Origin: TPA_inf: Saccharomyces
Lineage: Eukaryota
NCBI GenBank assembly: GCA_000146045.2
Contig: BK006936.2
Location: 128,001 to 192,000, forward strand
Direction: 5' to 3'
DNA: 64,000 nucleotides
Below the pieces are notes generated by a model that saw nothing but the letters and a program-made list of their open reading frames with translations, was not told where the DNA came from and made no database searches. A program made the translations under genes and the position numbers. Shown one piece after another: positions 58,844 through 64,000 of this stretch (position 1 is its first letter; the number at the start of each line of letters is the position of its first letter).

Positions 58844-61800
58844 CTACTGGTTTTCGTTAGATGGCGCTGTAGAATCAGGCCTGTCGATGTTTTCCTCATT
58901 TCCTTCTGGTAATGTATCTGGAACATCGGTGGTCGTAGGTTGATCTGTATATGATGTATGCTCTTCTTCAAGTGTTGGAACATCATCTTCTTCGATTTCA
59001 AAATTACTACCCTGATCCATGAAACTGGATAAGTCATTGGCGTCTTCATCGTGGCCAGCAAGCAGGTCATCTGCTTCATCCAAAAATTGATCATGGATCA
59101 GGGATGAGTAGCTTGGACCTGTTCTGTTTCCAAACCTTCCTCTAATTTTGGAGATAGCATGCGCTATATTAGTTTTTGTGTGCTGTAAAAGAGACCCGAT
59201 ATTTGAGAAAACGTAAAATCCTGATTTCACAATGTTATTGACAACTCTGTCAGTATTATTGTTTTCTATTAAACCATCGTCACCTAGCCTAATTTCTCCA
59301 AACCTTGCAAATCCCCCATTTCTTCTGATACCTCTGTCATATACAAACCATGCGGCAAAGAAAATTATTAAAAGAATTGAAATGAAAATAAATGCAAAGG
59401 GACCGGCACTTACTGAGTACTTTTCCTTGAATTCTTTTTCTTTTCCTGGGCAAGCATGTGGTGATGAGGGAGCATCCAATTTCAGGCCACCCTCACAGGT
59501 TGATAGAGGGATCTTTCTGTAGCCTGACGATTCAAAATATTCGATTAAATCTGGCTCTTTTTTACAAACGTCTGCAGCATTTGCTGGGCTTAGTCCTTTG
59601 ACTAATTTACAAGTACCATCGTTAGCTTTGTAAAAGTTGTAATCACACTCGAAATCTTGTCTTGTACAAGAACAGTTTTTGATATTTCTTGAAAATTCAG
59701 AAAGTGGAATATTCCCAATAAAACAATTTTCATCGGTTTTACGTAAAAACTCGGTTTGGTGACCAAATAGGCAATTGCTTTTGGAACCCAGAGGAGAGTA
59801 TTTATAATCTGCGCTTTCCTTACCAGTGATGTCGAAATCACATTGTCTTTCGAAGATGTTTCTAAAATCAATTGTGTACGTTCTAAATGAGCTGCCTCCA
59901 ATATCTGCTGCCTCTCCAAACAGCAAAAATCTCAAAGCAGAATCCCTGGGAACAGTGGTTATATCCTTTACTAAAACCTTATCAGCGCAGAATTTATAAT
60001 CTTTCCATGTTTTACCAAAATCGGTAGAATAGGAAATAGAATCAGTTTCTGAGTTTTCAGGAACTAAAACTAAAATCCCACCGTGGTCACCGTATTCCCA
60101 TTGGTGAGGAGTCTTCTTAACTTCAGCCCACGTTTCGCCACCATCGGTGGTGAAGAAGGTGGAACATTCTTTATATGGTAAAAGGTTAGGACCAACGTTG
60201 CCAACGCCGAACATCATTCCTAATGCAGAACCGGAAGAATATGTATCTCTAATATCCTTACGTTCAGTATAGCCATGTAAGTGCAATGAACACTCATCCA
60301 GTGATTTGGAGCTGCAAGAAAACTTTTTTCCTTCTGAATCCCTCTTCGGAGGTTTCAAAAAGTTCCAATCTGAACCTTCATTAAAGGTGATCTTCGTCTT
60401 CAATTGTTTGTCTTCTTTATTCTCGGCGACCTTGTCACTATTTGAAACGATGTTGGTGAGAATAATGCCTTCGAGACCTTGAATTTTTTCAAAGTCAACA
60501 TAGCCGAATGTGTTTCTATTAACGGCATGCTCCAACGTGACAAAAGAAGTACCATTTGAGTTGGATTTCAAAAGATTGCCAAAATCGCGTCCTGGTACTA
60601 AGTTTGTTGCTAAATGTAAGAATATCGATCCTTTCTCAGACTCTAATATAGTGAATGCCTCTTGCTTCCCAACATCTTCATCATATGGGAATTTTGCCTC
60701 GGCAAACTCAGTACCATCGATAGTTACGTATGCTCTCAATTCGTTGTTCTCATGAGGAACAGCAACGATGATATAGCCACCAGTGGATAAGTAGCCGATA
60801 ATATTTTCAAAGACGGTATTTTTATCATCCTGGAAAAAATCAGTAGAAGAAACTAAGCTTCTTGTCTGCGAAGACTTTTCCTTCACTTGACACATAACCA
60901 TATCCTCATTTGACGGATATTTGAAAAGTGAGCCCGCAAACTCACAATGAATTGCATTATCAAGCATTTCCGTAAACGTTTCGCCCCCATCATTGGTCAG
61001 GTATGCTACCGCATGACATTCCGGACTTAAGATTGACTCACAATTCTTACCACCATAATAGATAAATGTATCCTGTGCCTTAGCGTTAAAGTCTAATGGC
61101 ATACCTAACTGCCTAGCCTCGGGCAATTTAGCAGTCATAAAAGAGTATCCCCTATCATGGGTAGAGAAAATGCTACCTTTGGAACCAAACAGATAAGCTG
61201 AAGAATTGTAGTATGGATTAAACACAACTTCAATAATTGTTTCACCATTACTGTCGAACCTTTTTATTGTTTGTCCACCATCATGAGATATATAAGCTTC
61301 TCCTCTTGAATTGATCATGAGGAGGGATTCGTCGGTGACTGTGTCAAAGTATTGATAGAATTGAATCTTGAAATCAAATTTGTTTTCTGTAACCACTATT
61401 TCTTTATCATTCGTTCCCTTCTTTGGAACTCCCTCACACGAAATATCCACTGATTTGACTGTCATTGGTTTTTTACATTTATCACCTTTAACTAGTTGCA
61501 ATGGTTTTACAGGCACAGTTTTTTTCTTTGTCTTATCACATACGTCAGAGAGAACGATTAGGTTGTAGTCTGGTACGCATTTCCCGGTCGCGTCCCTAAC
61601 AAATTCAAACGCGCATTCGTAATCAGCCTCGGTACACTTGTCACAAGCAGTCTCAAATAATTGTAAGTCTTCAAAAACTTTCTTCACCAAGCACTGAGCG
61701 TCCTGTTTTCTTCTTCTGATCTTGTACTTGACTCCATTGACACACTTCCCCTCAGCTAAATTCCAATCCTCGAAATCATTTTCTTCGCATGTCTTATCAT

Positions 61801-63583
61801 TAAAGGCTGTTGAAAAATCAATTGCATAGATGAAATTCGTTGTACCATCCATATGCGCCAAAGTAAACCCATTTAGAATAAATTTAGCTCCAGATCCGTC
61901 GGGCGTTGTATTCATTACTTCATTTGGGTAGATAGTAGTTTCTAGCTGATATTCGGTCCAAGTTTTACCTTGGTCTAAAGAGTAATAAAATTCGGATTGA
62001 GGATCGTCGTCTTCATCCGCATTATACGGTATAGCCACAATAACATTTCCGTAATCACCAACAGCGTATAAACAAGGAAAATCAAAGGCGAGTTTCCATG
62101 TTAAGCCACCATCCCTAGAAATAAAGGTTCTTTGATCTCCCCAGTCGAAGACACTACCATCGCCAACAATACCTGTTGTCATTAGAATTCCGGCGGTTGG
62201 AGTGGAACCCTCCCGTGTGTAAAACATATTTTGAAGCGAACAATTCTCAAAATCAGTAATATCACAGTCGAATGAGTCTGCGTTATCTGGATCAACAACT
62301 TTTAACATTGTCCATGTGAGGCCATTATCAACAGATATTTTGGTTACCCCCTTACTCTTTACTCCTTTGGCTTTTCCTTTACGGTTACGACGCCTAGATA
62401 GAGGGTAAAGTGAGGCAATCATCGTTCCTTTCAAGTAAGTAGGTTGATAAAAATTAATATAACCAAACACCTCATTTGCGGTCCATGGGATGGGGGAAAA
62501 TTTTAACCCTTGTGAGTCGGAAATTAAAATTTCAGACACGATGCCCTTATCCTCCTCTTGATCACTTCTTTCCCTACTCATGGGCAAGATAATTCTTCCC
62601 ATAGCGTCCTCATATATTTCTCCTTGCATAGAATGCCTTAACTGAGTAGGCATGTAAGCCATTTTAAAGTTTGACAGATCATTTGATACCCACACATCCA
62701 TGGAAGACATATCATTATATCTGTCGCCCTGGGTTAAGACAACCATGTGAGATTTCAATATCCTGTAACCATTGACGACCTTATCTTTAAATTGGTCAAA
62801 TTCTTTTAGTGATTTGCCCCAGTCCGTAGTTAGGACCAATTTACTTTCGGTGTAAGGAGAACTAAACTCATCCATAATAAGCTGCATATTTTGAAAAAGA
62901 CAGATTATTGAGGTATCACTACTTTCAAGGTCAGAATCTTTGCTGGTCTTGGCAAAGCCACAATCAGAAATGCTGATAGGACTATTTTCGTTCCTTTCTA
63001 GAGAAGACTTGATCTCAGAAAAGGATTTTCCACCATCATTACTTGCAAAAACCTTGTCTGTGCAACGTGTAATATTAAATATTTCAAATTGTCCCTCTTC
63101 GTCCCCCGAATTCTCTTCATTGTCATTGTTTACTTCTGTTTTCTCACAATAGTTGCACTTTGCAAGAAAATAGTTCTTATTCAAGGGATGGGTTTCTATA
63201 TAGCATTCACGAGGTGAAATACTTTCTCCGGAGTCAGGTAGCGTTATACGCTCCCATGACTTACCTTGATCATTGGTTATATAAAGGTACGACCCATTCA
63301 TTGCCGTTGCAACGGCTCTGTCATGTCTATTGAAGGGGTCGATGTATATCCAAGTGATTTCGCCTTCAATGCCTTCAACTTTTTCCCATGTTTCACCATC
63401 GTCAAAGCTTATAGTAACGGAGGTGTCTTGTTTTCTAATTAAAGTGTTGGAATCATCAAAGCTTAATATATCAAATGAATCTTGCGCGATAGTCTTTGTC
63501 ACTTTGGGGGTGAATTCTTCGGCATTAGTTAAAGGAATGAGAAGTAAGGCCCAAAGAGAATAGACAAAATGAAGTAATATCAT
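58844..63583 (-). CDS. PEP1: Vacuolar protein sorting receptor for CPY, sortilin family, VPS10 (1579 aa)
   Basis: 1579-aa ORF with signal peptide [21 protein letters not shown], repeated BNR/Asp-box (SxDxGxTW) beta-propeller motifs, C-terminal TM segment and cytosolic tail. Confidence 0.95.
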
Positions 63584-64000
63584 AACGTGTGATGACTACT
63601 GGACACTTCAGGGCTTTTCCAGATATACAGAGCTTTATAATACAATCTAAGGGCAAAATAAAAAAGGAAAAAGAGTACGGTAGTTGAGAAAAAAACCGGA
63701 AAGGAATTGCTTTAAAGATCTTAGTAGAATGAAATAGTACCACCTACTCGCCTCCTTTTTTTGTGCTTCTTGAGAGGTCTTTTGAGCTGTTGCATCATGC
63801 TGTTATTTAGAGGTTATTTTTTGACCTTGGTTTTTCCTTCTTTTCGCCGTACTCAGCCCGAGAAAAAAGCAGCGACTGCACTAAACTAGAGGAAAGAAGG
63901 CTTAAAACATCACGCGATCCATATAAAGACCCGAGTAGTTGGAGAGATTGACTACTTGACGTTCAAAAGAACATACATAAGGATAAATTCGTTCGGACTT

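Overview
The window matches a fully annotated stretch of the Saccharomyces cerevisiae chromosome II left arm, running from the 5' part of EDE1 (YBL047C) to PEP1/VPS10 (YBL017C). I recognise 33 protein-coding genes in reference order. I see no evidence of an undescribed system: every long ORF is accounted for by a known gene, and the remaining signals are ordinary yeast promoter and intergenic structure. The observations worth a second look are listed as findings.

How the calls were made:
- Genes were identified from the ORF-track translations, which have recognisable N-termini and domains, from the gene order, and from exact agreement of ORF lengths with the protein lengths I remember. From memory, window position + 128000 is approximately the S288C chrII coordinate. 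That offset was not computed here.
- Start codons: several ORF-track entries begin at an in-frame upstream ATG. I placed the start at the internal Met that reproduces the remembered reference protein length.
- Four genes have canonical spliceosomal introns (GTATGT ... TACTAAC ... AG) with short first exons that a six-frame ORF track cannot show: ERD2, RPL19B, LSM2 and POP8. RPL19B has a 2-nt first exon, so its ATG is created by splicing.
- One 59-codon ORF below the track threshold lies between ERD2 and URA7 and is probably YBL039W-B.
- I found no tRNA, rRNA, Ty element or LTR, CRISPR array or prokaryotic-style operon. This is a nuclear eukaryotic sequence.
- Regulatory motifs visible in the sequence and consistent with known biology: a PACE/Rpn4 site upstream of PRE7, two MluI cell-cycle boxes upstream of POL12, CCAAT/HAP sites upstream of COR1 and PET9 (HAP3 is itself encoded here), and an Abf1-like site upstream of PET9. 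A perfect ARS consensus match lies in the RPL19B-LSM2 intergenic region and may be ARS208.
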